A DNA stretch of 64,000 bases from contig JAQGDQ010000408.1 in the NCBI GenBank assembly GCA_030141605.1, positions 1-64,000 on the forward strand. Reading direction: 5' to 3'. This document shows positions 1 to 13,125 of this stretch, piece after piece; positions within the stretch are counted from its first letter, which is position 1; every line of letters starts with the position of its first letter. A program made the position numbers and the translations under genes. This stretch comes from Tubiluchus corallicola (Eukaryota; Animalia; Priapulida). The notes under the pieces were generated by a model. That model had not been told where the DNA came from, did no database searches, and saw only the letters and a list, made by a program, of their open reading frames with translations.

Positions 1-36
1 AAGGTAGCTAAGACCGAAAAACCATTGCTTGCTTAA

Positions 37-556
37 AGGAAAAGCTAAGCCTTCTAGGAGGTTAGGCTTACGTCTATGTTCCAGATTACTGTTAGAAAGA
101 TTTAGTAATAAAACTGCAATAAGCGCCACGTGTAGCTAGTAAAATCACTTTGAAGTCGCGATCACTTCACGCTGGGGTGCTGCCATTTTCAATGCTCATT
201 CTTGCTCCAATGACGTCATTCGTCCTGAGGAAACGTAGCCCACTGTCAGTCTTCGTCAAAAGTATAATAAGTTTTTACAAAAAAAATGCGTGGCTAATTT
301 TGTAATACTTCTGCGTGAACATTAGGTAAGCTGCAGAAGCTTGAATTAGTTTAAGCAGCGTGAGCTTACGGAAATACACGATGCGCTTACGAAAAGTCAC
401 GAAGTCTCCCAGAAAATCCTCATGATTTTCAAGTGAATGGTGGCAACCATCAGGCCTGAAAATTTCTATTCAGAGGCAACATATTTTAAAATTACAAGCA
501 GTTCTTTGCAAATTTCATGAAAAGTTACATGCTTTACAGGCAGTTCTTTTCTTTAA
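37..556 (+). mobile_element. Non-autonomous TTAA-flanked DNA transposon family B (Kolobok-like), partial
   Basis: TTAA|AGGAAAAG terminus; homologous to 13126-13605, 15112-15667, 55446-55765, 56688-56851 and 62350-62782. Confidence 0.75.
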
Positions 557-642
557 TCGTCTTGTGTTGAAGAAGTTCGTGTCAAAGACGTCGAGAATTT
601 GTTGCTGTTTCATCACAATTTACTGTTTCCTCTGTCTTTTGG

Positions 643-1432
643 CTGTGACTGATAATAAAGTCACAGGTAAAAAACTCACAGGTAAAAAAGTCACCGGAAT
701 AAAGTCACAGGAAAAAAGTCACAGGTAAAAAAGTCACAGGAAAAAAGTCACGGATAGAAAAGAAAGTGGAAAAAAGTCACTGGTAAAAAGTCACGGGTAA
801 AAAAGTTACTGGAAAATAATCACAGGAAAAAGTCACTGGAAAAAAGTAACTGGTAAAAAGTCACAGGTAAAAAAGTCACCGGGAAAAAGTCACACGAGAA
901 AAGTCACTGGAAAGTCACAAGAAAGGTCACAGGAACAAATTCACAGGAAAAAAGTCACTGGAAAAAAGTCACGGGTAAAAAAGTCACTGGAAAAAACTCA
1001 CAGGTAAAAAAGTCACAGGTAAAAAAGTCACAAGAAAAAAGTCACGGATAGAAAGGAAAATGGAAAAAAGTCACTGGTAAAAAGTCACGGGTAAAAAATT
1101 CACTGGAAAAGAATCACAAGAAAAAAGTCACTGGTAAAAAGTCACAGGTAAAAAGTCACCAGGAAAAAGTCACACGAAAAAGTCACAAGAAAAAGTCACA
1201 GATAAAAAGTCCTGGAAAAGTCACAATAAAAAAGTCACAGGTAAAAAAGCCACTGGTAAAAAGTCACAGGAAAAAACTCACTGGTAAAAAATCACAGGTA
1301 AAAAAGTCACTGGGAAAAAGTCACACGAAAAAAGTCACAAGAAAAAGTCACAAGTAAGTTTGATTAGGGTTAGGGTTATGGTGATTCCTTTTCTCCCCGT
1401 GTCTTTTTTCCTGTGACTTTATCACCAGGAAA
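643..1432. mobile_element. Inverted-repeat element with internal ~15-bp GGTAAAAAAGTCACA satellite and TTAGGG motif
   Basis: Ends GATAATAAAGTCACAGG and CCTGTGACTTTATCACC are inverted repeats. Array spans 661-1353; TTAGGGTTAGGGTTA at about 1364. Shorter relatives at 17850-18090, 26477-26824 and 29913-30101. Confidence 0.75.
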
Positions 1433-1833
1433 CAACAAGCGGTATAGACTTGAAAGACAGCACTATAGAGAAACCATGTACTGTAAATTCAACTTACTAT
1501 GTATAAAAGCACGCAAAAGCACGCAAGCACGCAAAGTAACTATGGAAAAAGTTTGTGCAAAAATTCCGTTTTTTTTTCAAATACAAAATCACGCCTTTAC
1601 CTAAGAAAAAGAATTAAATTATTTGTTCTACTGAAATTGTCGGGGAACAGCTTTCAGACAACTGAAATTACGGGTTTATATTAACTCACTACCGTAAGCC
1701 TACATGCTACACCAAATCATTGCTGTACCTTCCCAGTTTCTTGCTAAATAGTTAAAATTCATGGCTTCCATGAATGCTGTATATTACCTAGTGATTAATT
1801 TCAGAAATGAATACATGGCTTCTTTCACAAACC

Positions 1834-1840
1834 TATATAA
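1834..1840 (+). promoter_or_regulatory. TATA box of gene A
   Basis: TATATAAG about 130 nt upstream of ATG 1963, with no splice needed in between. Confidence 0.55.
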
Positions 1841-1962
1841 GGACATGACCACTTTAAGACGGCATACTGACTTCTTACAGTCGACATTGTTGTTTCGTTG
1901 CGTGCCGGTTGTTTGTAGTTAGTATCAATCACTTGATAAAAACCCAATTCTCCGAAGAAACC

Positions 1963-2642
1963 ATGTTGGGACTTTTCCTAATTCTTTCGCTTGCCAGCGG
2001 ACTTTATGCCCAGGATACATGTGGTAAGTTTACAATTGCTATGCAACTTTATATACGAAAGTTAATTCTTGGACGTTTTCGCTTTGATATAAAAACATAT
2101 TATTTGAGACTTCTAATCCTTGCCAGCGTGCTTAATGCACAAGATGTGTGGTAAGTTTACAATTGGCTATGGAAGTTTATTAAGCAAGAATTAGTCTGTG
2201 GTTGCGTGCAAAGTTTTTGTAGTACAAATGTATTTTCGTTTCAGCTGTGAATCAACAGTATAATGGCGATTTGCTGAAACATTCGCAGCGCCCAGAAGTC
2301 TACCAGATCGTCGACGGCTGCCGGAAACACATTCCGGATGAGCTGACGTTCGCCAACCTCTACACTGGCAGCTTGGGCGGCGGGACCACTAACGTTAAAG
2401 TCAACGACTTGGTCGACACCATTTGTACCTGCGCGGAAGCATTCACCAGCGGCGCCATGTTGGTGAGAAATGAAGGAGAAGCTGCCGTCTTTTTAGTCTC
2501 CAATAACATGAAGAGACACATCTTTAACCCGGAAACATTCAACGATTTTTCTTTTGACGCGGCGAAAGTACGCGAAGTTCCTTCCGACTTTACATTCTTG
2601 GTGGATATGATGCTAACTGGACCACCAATCAATAATCTCTAA
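1963..2642 (+). CDS. Secreted two-repeat protein A (152 aa), spliced join(1963..2023,2245..2642); unknown function, bacterial-like repeat domain
   Basis: ATG 1963 opens a hydrophobic signal peptide MLGLFLILSLASGLYA-QDTC. A phase-1 donor G|GTAAGT at 2024 joins acceptor TTTCGTTTCAG (ends 2244) in frame with ORF 2247..2642. TATATAA at 1834 and AATAAA at 2717. Clear paralog at 6641..8072. Confidence 0.9.
2103..2180 (+). pseudogene. Degenerate tandem duplicate of the gene A signal-peptide exon, inside intron 1
   Basis: CTAATCCTTGCCAGCGTGCTTAATGCACAAGATGTGTG|GTAAGTTTACAATTGGCTATG resembles 1978-2043. It has no ATG of its own and its donor is shifted to phase 2. Confidence 0.75.
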
Positions 2643-2746
2643 TTAGCTTAACTAACATAGCTGCATTCGGTAACCGATAACAAATTTATCGTCACTGTTT
2701 ATTTACTAATGTTATCAATAAATTATTAAATATATATTATATTAAT

Positions 2747-2978
2747 TGTTTATTTGTCATTAAAATGGTTCACTCATTATAATAAAATTAAGCCTCAGCG
2801 TAATGTTAAAATAACAACACTGTTCAAGACAAATGCGTCCAGTGCAGACTAAAAAAACTTGTACACTATATATACATTTGACATGACACAATTAACAGAA
2901 ACATGCTTTACATCACATAAATTTCACTCATTACATTTACAATATTTATACATTTGACATTACAAAACTAACATAACA
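2747..2978 (-). mobile_element. LINE (CR1/L2-like) 3' UTR fragment
   Basis: Near-identical to 8405-8752, which continues into RT C-terminal coding remnants. Confidence 0.65.
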
Positions 2979-3079
2979 CAACTTTCTTTGGGTTTAGCAA
3001 CCGGTTTAAATAGTTGTTGGCGTTTCTTATAGTTGGGTTTAGCAACTGGTTTAAACAAAAAAGGGCTGCAGTCGATCAC

Positions 3080-3280
3080 CAAGTTCACTTACATTACTTA
3101 CTGTGTTCCAGGCCCACCCAAGCATCAAGTTCACTTGCATTACTTACTATATTCCAGGCCCACCCAAGCATCAAGTTCACTTGCATTACTTACTGTATTC
3201 CAGGCCCACTTTCTACTTTGCAACCGAAAATGGGCATAATCGAGCGCCATGTTCACTTACATTACTACTGTATTCCAGGC
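3080..3280. repeat. ~46-bp tandem repeat, 3-4 copies
   Basis: CAAGTTCACTT(A/G)CATTACTTACTGT(G/A)TTCCAGGCCCACCCAAGCAT units. Confidence 0.85.
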
Positions 3281-3774
3281 TGATTTTCTGCTTTTTACAC
3301 GATTTTCAGTCAACAGAATTTGCTCCAGAAGATCAAAAATCACGGGGTTCTTTAATCTTGAATGACAATCCTTTGTCAATGGTATGAATACGCCTGATTT
3401 GTAGAAATAAAAGGCCCCGTAAATGCTGCAATTTTGGTATAATTCAATTCAAGTCACTTTATTTTCCTCCACAAAGAGCAACTGTTGCTGCAATTTTATA
3501 ATAAAAAAATTATGTAACGGAGCATATTTTCATCACGTCAGCTGCCTTGTTGCATAAAATGGTCAAATAAAAATCAGAATCTAAATTCTAAACGTAAATA
3601 AAGAAATAATAAATAAATAATAAAGAAAGAATAAATAAAAGAATTAATGAATAAATAATTGAAACGAAACTAAAAGGAGAATAGTTTGTTGCAATAGGAA
3701 GAGATGCACTAATATAAACAAAAATCAAAAACATTGAGCAAACAAAACAATAACTGCATTACGTAATGAAAAAA

Positions 3775-4101
3775 CTAAACAATTACTTGTAGTGTATTAG
3801 AAACACTATTAACCTAGTTTCTACATGGTCATTATTAATTATGTATCGACATAGAGCTTACATTCAAGCAGGCTGCGCAATTGCTTTTGGTGTAATACCT
3901 TGCACCTGTTCGTTATGTGGCACTTGTATAAAAGTTGCTCTCGGTAACTGCCTGTGGTATGTATAAAATGCGTTCTTCACATGAATATCAAAGTATACAC
4001 ATCTTCCAAGGAGAATAAGAATTTTTTTCTAAAATGTGACGCCCTCAAACTTTGGCGCCCTAGGTTATGACCTAGTTAGCATATTGGTTAATACGCCCCT
4101 G
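3775..4101 (-). mobile_element. hAT-like MITE family C, partial
   Basis: Reverse complement of 45888-46309 and 37834-38226; terminus TAATACGCCCCTG. Confidence 0.75.
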
Positions 4102-4275
4102 AGCATAATAAAGAACCCTGATGCTGGGTATCTTGGTGCCCTAATGATAGCTGTTAAGCGTGCACATAAGTGCTTCAAAAATAAGACAATTACTATCCTT
4201 ATCGTAAGTACTGCCTTTTTGGCTTCTCAGGGATGTTGGTACCTGTATGCACTAGTTTAGTTAATGCATTTTGGG

Positions 4276-4363
4276 TATAAAAGTCCCTAGAAACATGAAC
4301 TCCTCTCTTCGCCCCAGAAACAGCTCATTGGAAGCCACTTCTGCTGCAGTTAAACACGTAAGT
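4276..4363 (+). promoter_or_regulatory. Candidate TATA box and non-coding first exon of gene B
   Basis: TATAAAAG at 4276, then a short unique segment ending in donor GTAAGT (4358). The gene B ATG exon is preceded by acceptor TATCTATTTCAG (ends 6633), which implies an upstream exon. Confidence 0.5.
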
Positions 4364-4406
4364 GTCTTACTATATATGTGTACATAGCTGTACATTAGTT
4401 TCTTAA

Positions 4407-5004
4407 AGGAAGACAGGATGATTTTTCGTATGTGTACCACCCATTTTCAAGTCGGATAAAATGTATACATTTTATCACGATTAATACTGCGAAAGCGTTT
4501 CTGATAATTAAAAATAATAGATTAAAAACTTGTTTAACGATTGATGACATCACAAACTAACATAATCTTCAACAGCAGAAATATTCCACGAGCATGTTGC
4601 ACGTGTTTGCGAAAACGAAAATTGAAGTAAAGTGCTACTGTAAGGTATTCATTGTGTTGTACTAAAACTAGGCAAGTTTTAAGACAAAAATTCAAATTTA
4701 CCGCCGTGCTTACGCATGAGCTGTCGAACGCGTGTAGTTCATCACAAACTAGCACATCAGAACTGAGAGGTACGTCATCTGTTTTTGTGCAACGCTTTCC
4801 GAATGCAGGCGTTAGGGCCCGTCTAACTAGCGAAAGGCGAAATGTATGTAACAGCGAAGAACTAGTGGCGCGAACGGGAAATTGTGTTTGTGTGGCAATA
4901 ATTCTTTCACGTAAGCCATTTTTGAAAATATAGTATGGTTCCTTTCAATATTTTAAAGAGTAGATTGTTTTAACCTACAGTTTAAGATTGGTTCTGGTTT
5001 TGCT
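4407..5004 (+). mobile_element. Non-autonomous TTAA-flanked DNA transposon family A (Kolobok-like), full copy
   Basis: TTAA|AGGAAGACAGG...GGTTTTGCT|TTAA; at least 6 other copies in the window. Confidence 0.8.
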
Positions 5005-5799
5005 TTAAGCAGTATGAATCCTTCAAATTAGCACGAGTTAGTGACAATAGTTAAGCCTACCACTTAGAAAGAAAACTACTTTTTGAAAATATCTGTTTAA
5101 GACCATTTTTGTGACATGTGATTTGTTATTTCAGCTTTAAACTATATTTATTCAAATAAATTCATAATTTGTAACAAAATTTACCAATTACTGTAATGGC
5201 GTTTCGCCGTTTGTGGATGGAGCTTCGTTAAAAAGTGAATTTTCTTGTCACTGAAAATACACATTGCACACACAGACAAAAAAGCTTTCAAAGCAACAAC
5301 TCGCAACGCATAATCACGTGATCGCATTGTTTCTTTTACCAACAAGGAACAATGTTGATTCTAGTTAATAGCTGAATGTACACTTGTTTTGTAAAAATAA
5401 AACAAAAATAAACAAACAGATCTATTTAAAATTGAGTCTATAATAATGCTAACTTACAGATACTTACTATTTTAATCAGCAACTTTTAGGTAACAACGTA
5501 AGTACATAATTATATAGCTGTCTGTTAAAATATTTAAATATACATTTTGATATTACAATTAAGTATAGTTCGACCAAGTTGGTACGTACGTGTATTAGTA
5601 TGAGTGTTTTTATACGTGTGCACAATGCAGGCCTATTTACATGCAAGTCAAAGTATAAAACGCTTTAAAATGTTCAAGTACAATAATTTTTTATTGAGTT
5701 ACCTGAGCACAAACGTATAATTTTCACAAGAATAACGGTTTCACCCCACAATCTAGCTATAGAAACAGGTCATTGGGCAAATGTACCTCATGAGCGCAG

Positions 5800-6053
5800 G
5801 TTGTGTTGTTGTTGTTGACATCGTTCTGTCTCGGAAGACAATGGTGTGTGCGCCAAGAGCGTCAGTTATTGATCACATTGATGGAGGTGCATCGTCGACG
5901 TGGCTTAGCAGTCCGATCCTTGAACGTCTCCAGGGCGCACGCCTGGGCAAGGTGTATGGAGATCCTGAGTCGCCCAGACAACAGGAGCCCCCTCTTTTCC
6001 TCCCTGGTGTAGTCCAAAGGAAAGCGGAGCGATACGTGTGGCACCAGGTTGGC
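5800..6053 (-). mobile_element. Bipartite RTE-derived non-autonomous retroelement (5' UTR fused to 3' end)
   Basis: Encodes the RTE C-terminal remnant SRIGLLSH, then CCATTGTCTTCCGAGACAG and a (CAA)n tail. Second copy at 51480-51800. Confidence 0.7.
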
Positions 6054-6640
6054 CGTTGGGTCACTTGACTCCTCCGTCCTCTAGCCGATGGCTGCTTGTG
6101 CAGCTCCTCCGCCTAGTGTCGAGATACAGTGTGAGCGGGTGGCGTACTTGTGAGAGAAATGCAGACAGAAGAGCTTTTTGTAGGAGCGCCCTGAAAATGC
6201 TTTTCATAGATCACTGTACGCGCTAAATTATAGTAATAGTGCAAATTTATTTGATGGGAGATATTGTCAATTAGAAATTTATTTATGATTGTATATACAT
6301 ATTTTGAACTAAATTAGTTTTTGTTAGCGGACATATCATTACGATTATGATTATAAACTGCATCATTACGATTACCATATAGATAAAAAAAATTATACAA
6401 ATATGTACAAATGTTTAGTTAATAGCTTCTTTCGTTTCATAGATGTTAAAACTAAATTTGTATAACGGTGTATATACCTTGTGCAGCTATGTTTGAATCA
6501 AATAGTTAGCATAATCTGAAAATCATTACCCGAGCTCTGCCCGCTGATAAAAACATCGGGTATACATTGATTTTGTAATTTCGTGTAAAAAATAGATTTT
6601 CAGAAATAAAATATCTATATCTATCTATTTCAGTTCAAGA

Positions 6641-8072
<1,432 letters not shown>

Positions 8073-8404
8073 TCCAACTAGGCGAGAAAAGAGGTTTCTG
8101 CTTACCTTTAAGCTTCAGTAGTCTGCTAATTTTTGATGTTTTAAACTAAGAAAATGCATCGATAAATTCTATTATATTTAGTTACAGAAACTAAGGAATT
8201 TTTATTAAAAAATATCATTATTACTTTTATCTTTGATTATGAACAGGAATTTTTTGTTTTACCTTAGCTTTGCCTTGTCATAGTAGATGTCATAATAATA
8301 TGTCATAGTAGGTGTCATAGCAGGTGTCATAGTAGGTGTCATATGAGGTGTCAATGAGGTGTCATAATGTAGGTGTCGTAATAAAATTTTATTATTAATA
8401 ATTC

Positions 8405-9245
8405 TTTATTTGTCATTAAAATGGTTCACTCTTTATAATAAAATCGAGTAATCCTCAGCGTAATGTTAAAAACAACACTGTTCAAGACAAATGCGTCCAG
8501 TGCTGACTAAAAAAAACTAAAGTGCAAAACTAAGGTCTAATTATATACAATAAATGGACATATTTACAAAATTCAATTTAAAATATTTTTGCAAAACAAT
8601 ACTACAAATGTACATTAAATTTTACATGACATATTTTACACTATATATACATTTGACATGACATAATTAACAGAAACACGCTTTACATTACATAAATTTC
8701 ACTCATTACATTTACACTATTTATACATTTGACATTAAAAAACTAACATAACACGTATTACATTACATATTTTTTTTAAATTTTACATTCTTAATCGTTT
8801 TATGGAGTCAGGGGCGGGGGTAGATGAAAGTTGAGTCTGTGTAATTAGTGTCAGATGCATAATCTGAAAGTTGAAACCTGTTATATTGATATTCTTTTAA
8901 TTTCTTTTTAAAGTGGTGGAGAAATTCTATTTGTCTTATTTCACTGGGTAGTAAGTTCAAAAGTTTGTTATAGCTTTTGCTAAAATACTGAAAACCTTAA
9001 AACCGTGAAACAGTTAAGTTTTTTTATTGCTGGATGTGTTATTTGTTCATAATGCCATACAATGTATTGAAATTTCATGCTTCAATATTAAAACTGTAGC
9101 TTTTATAGGTGGTGGAGGCCTGGGGGGCCTTGGGTAAATATTTTTCGCTTGATGTGGTAAAAAATAAAAAAAAGCGAATAGGACTGTTGTTTTTGGTTTA
9201 CTTGTTTTTAATAATAGTGTCGTCATTTGCAAATGCGTAAATAAG
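8405..9245 (-). mobile_element. LINE (CR1/L2-like) 3' fragment
   Basis: Minus strand reads KLLNLLPSEIRQIEFLHHFKKKLK, typical of an ORF2 C-terminus, then a 3' UTR ending in AATAAA. Confidence 0.7.
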
Positions 9246-9525
9246 CTTGACCAGCAAATAGAGGGCAGTATGATACCGTCTCAAGTATTGTGCGGATTTA
9301 TGAAGCGGCTGTGACTGGAGCAGCGGGCTTTAAGCCCACGTCATAGAGAAGTTTACATAGTGCTGCCATCTTTTGCAGAAGCAAGAAACAATGCAACGCA
9401 GGTTCGGTTGAATTTATGTTAAAACGAAATTATCTCGTCCAAAGTAATCCACTAACTCGACCATCATAACGCAGTGCAACTGTTAAAGATGATTATAAAA
9501 TGATTAAATGATGGTAACTGGACAG

Positions 9526-9700
9526 TAGGAATGAGCATCGAACGTTCGAATTCGATTTGAACGAGTTTTTTTCGAATTCGATTGGAATAATTCAGTCCTT
9601 CAATCAAACACATTCTTTCGATCAAATATGTTTGAAACATCAAGTAAATAGTACAATTTAGCTGCGATTTCTGTGCACAATTTTCATCGTTCATTGTCAT
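9526..9700 (+). mobile_element. hAT-like MITE family D fragment
   Basis: TAGGAATGAGCATCGAA terminus and CGAAT(T)CGA-rich body, as in 60436-60823. Confidence 0.6.
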
Positions 9701-9839
9701 CATCCAATGAATCATTGTCATCATCCAATGAATCACACGTCCAGGGACATGATTCTGTTCACCTCCCTATGCCAGGACTCCCTACTCGCTGCAATGCCTC
9801 AAGTGCATTTATCTCTAAGGAGCAATTCTGAAGTTTTTA

Positions 9840-10000
9840 AATCTTTCTGTGCAAAATCTGAGATTTTCTTTGGCCATCTGATACCTAAAATGTTTCTGTA
9901 ATTTCGCCTTTGAAACGCATCGATTTCAGCTCCATGATTTGCTTTTGATGTTCAGAACTCAGAGTTGTACAGGAATACAGTTCCAGCTAAGTTTTTAGTG
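9840..10000 (-). mobile_element. RTE-clade RT fragment (decayed)
   Basis: Minus translation VFLYNSEF*...EIDAFQRRNYRNILGIRWPKKIS. Confidence 0.7.
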
Positions 10001-10611
10001 CTTCAAATCGGTTTAATTTCAATTGGACTGCATACATAACTAAAGCTTTAGTAGACAGTTGTCTTGCTGTCTAGACGATAAACATATCAGGCTTAGATTT
10101 GCGACCGCCAGTTCGCTTGACCAATCAACGATAGGTCAGGGATTTTTTTGGAAAATGGTGGTCCGCCTTCCTCCCTAAAGAACTTTCATCTGCAGTGATT
10201 TCTTCTCTGCATTTTATTACATGATTTCCACCGAGAAAACGCTAATTTGTCGCTTAAACAATCGATGTAAAATTAATCACGAGACTGTAGTCTGTAGACC
10301 CATTGTTTTATGACTTATCTTTGTTAACATCAAAAGACAAAAATATTTAGATTCAAGCCTATAACGATTGACCCAAATTACGTCTTTGTCTTCGCATTTT
10401 CAGTACTTTAAAATTGTCCGTGAAATCCGAACAAATTACCATTATAGGCTGTGGTATAAGTGCAAATGTGAGAATACACACGCACAGATTTATTGAAACA
10501 ATATTACAGTGGTGGTCGTTTAGTCACACAAATTTATGCAAAATGTTATTAATAATAATATTATTATTCACGCGTTAAATAGTAACCTGTCATTTTTATG
10601 TTTTCAGCACT

Positions 10612-11150
10612 TAGTAGTAGTAGTAAAATCTTTATTTGCCATTTTAAAAACATTGACCATCACAATAAAAGACAGACAATCAGTGTTAATTCATATAAAA
10701 ACATACACTGTTCTGAGCAAATGCGTCTGGTGCAAGCAAAACTATAAGTGCAACTAGAAATTCAAAAATAAAATATAAACTAGTTTAGTAAGGTCTAGGA
10801 AAATGAAATTATGATTTGAGTGAGTATCATCGTGTTCGTATGTCGGATATTCAAAACGAGTCATTAAATGTTTTTTTAATTTAGACTTAAATATTGATAA
10901 AGAGCTGCTGTGTTTTACTGATGTCGGTAATGGATTTGAAAGTTGTATTGCTTGCTTAGTAATGGAATTCTTTCCATACTGAATGTTCGTTCTAATGTTT
11001 CTTAAATTTAATATCCTGTTATTCATAATGGGGTTTTTAAGAAGTGGGAGCTTACTGTTTTTGAAAGGAGAATTAATATTGTTGATATATTTTTAGAGAA
11101 ACAGGAGAGTGGAGAACTTGTGCTCCACACAGGTATAATAACATTTTCTT
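10612..11150 (-). mobile_element. LINE (L2/CR1-like) 3' fragment
   Basis: ORF 10754..11026 reads RTNIQYGKNSI...LPTSVK...FKSKLKKHL; (TAC)n tail. Its 3' UTR shares an ACACTGTTC..CAAATGCGTC motif with the 8405 family. Confidence 0.7.
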
Positions 11151-11731
11151 CGATACATTTTGCTGTCAGGCACGTGCTGCAGTAGATTGTTAACAGGCCT
11201 ACGGGCGAATATAAAAGTCATAGCAATTTTTACAAAACATAGTCAATTCGATCTCCCTATATGGCTAGAATGCTAATGGCGCAGCTATTCGCATATCCGG
11301 CTATAATCCCACGAGAACGTAGCTTCTAGGTCACTCTATCTCGCTTGTGTGGGCTTAAGATTTTGGCTTATAAAATAAAGAAAGACATTGGCCTATTGTA
11401 CATTAGTGTGTACGTTTCTAAACCTATTCGTTTCAAGTCTATATAATTGTTTTCACTATTAATATCGTATAAAAGTCGTAACAGACGGAGTGTGGCAATA
11501 ATTATAGACGATTGTGCTACTGCTGTGCTGGCTAGCGACACTTAGTTCAATCGGCGGATGAAAGATTTTGACCGTTCTCGCTAGATAGCGCCACGCGTGA
11601 AATCATGGCTGCCTCTGCAGGATGTAAGTTTCGTTGTCTTCAGTTTTGGTTATTTTTCATGCTTTTTCGGTAACCAAGTTTGTGAGTAAACGCAGTGAGA
11701 AAGGTTTAATTACCTGTGTCATGGTCCAAAG

Positions 11732-12292
11732 ATGAGGGAGTTTAAAGTTGTTGTTTTGGGTTCCGGCGGGGTGGGAAAATCTGCCTTGACTGTTAAGTTT
11801 GTTTCCGGCACTTTTATGGAGAAGTATGATCCGACAATAGAAGACTTTTACCGCAAGGAGATTGAAGTAGACTCAGCACCTTGTGTTTTAGAAATTTTAG
11901 ATACTGCTGGCACTGAACAATTTGCATCTATGAGAGATTTGTACATTAAAAACGGCCAAGGTTTTATTGTTGTTTATAGTATTACAAACCATCAAACGTT
12001 TCAAGATATAAAATCCATGAAGGAGCAGATTATCAGAGTTAAGGGACAAGACTTTGTTCCCATGGTGCTGGTCGGGAACAAGAGCGATTTAGAAATGCAA
12101 AGAGAAGTTACGCCAGAGGAAGGTGCAGCGCTTGCTAGCTACTGGAGTTGCCCGTTTCTCGAATCTTCTGCAAAGTCAACGCATAATGTGAATGAAGTTT
12201 TTGCTGAAATAGTACGTGAAATGAACTATAATCCAACAAAGTCTAAGAATAATCTGTGCTGTAATGGCTGCTGCTCCTGTTCCGTTCTTTAA
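11732..12292 (+). CDS. RAP2: Ras-related protein Rap-2 small GTPase (186 aa, uninterrupted CDS)
   Basis: G1 GSGGVGKS, effector [11 protein letters not shown] (Phe39 distinguishes Rap2 from Rap1), G3 DTAGTEQF (Rap-type Thr61), NKSD, SAK, and C-terminal CC...CSVL CAAX box. Confidence 0.97.
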   Translation: MREFKVVVLGSGGVGKSALTVKFVSGTFMEKYDPTIEDFYRKEIEVDSAPCVLEILDTAGTEQFASMRDLYIKNGQGFIVVYSITNHQTFQDIKSMKEQIIRVKGQDFVPMVLVGNKSDLEMQREVTPEEGAALASYWSCPFLESSAKSTHNVNEVFAEIVREMNYNPTKSKNNLCCNGCCSCSVL

Positions 12293-12554
12293 CGAATGTG
12301 GTAAGTATTTTGAAATTTCTTTGTTCTTCAGTCAGAACAATTATTATTAGAATTAGAATTTATTGCTAGATTTACCATAAGCATACAATTCTACATGATA
12401 GTTTACGCAGAAAGCATTAAATTAACATAAATTTAGACCCTGAAAACATTAATATAAAATTATAATTCTTACTGAATCGACTAACATACTTGTTATTATT
12501 ATTCCTTGTTGTTCGCTCATCTACTGTTTAATTGTTTTGTCCGTGGTTTTTGGA

Positions 12555-12970
12555 ATCTTAAAAAAGATACGTGTTATAATGTATCACATTTAGGAAGATT
12601 GAAGTATTGCAATTTGAGCACACTTAATTTAAGAACACATTGCAAAGATATTATTATTAAGGTTTATAAAATACTGACTAGAAAAAAAAACATGTTGCCT
12701 GAAAATTTGAAATTCTTTAATTCAGTTGTTGATTTAAAAACTAGAGGACATATCGTAACAGTGTTTAGAGAGTGGTCACGTCTCGACGTTTGTTGATGTT
12801 CTTTTACTGTAAGATTAGTGAACGAATGGAATAATTTATCTACAGTGGTGATTGCCGCACCAATCCTAGTAAAGTTTAAATCTTTAATTGACAATTACTT
12901 GGGGTTTCTATGAGGGCTCGCTTAACTCCTAATCATGGCAGCACAACATCTGCTGAATAATAAATCAAAA
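12555..12970 (+). mobile_element. CR1-like LINE 3' fragment
   Basis: Decayed RL...LSTL..R...DII.VYKI...TRGH...RLD....F..R.VNEWNNL motif. Confidence 0.75.
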
Positions 12971-13125
12971 GATTTCTTCCATTTAAAACCTGCAAAGGGG
13001 CAAAATGCGAGAGCTAGAAGAGCGGGAAGCAATTTTCGTTCTTAGTTGCAAACCTCGGTTTTGTTTGATCCTCACTGTAATGATTGGAATTGTCCAGAGA
13101 CATTCTGGTTGTCCTGTCTGTTTAA

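Noticed and set aside
1909-2154. 81-aa ORF as a stand-alone gene
   Set aside because: It is exon 1 of gene A read through into the intron and the duplicated pseudo-exon.
3080-3280. Regularly spaced repeats resembling CRISPR arrays (also 35030-35436 and 53787-54256)
   Set aside because: Head-to-tail units with no unique spacers, no cas genes, and a eukaryotic context.
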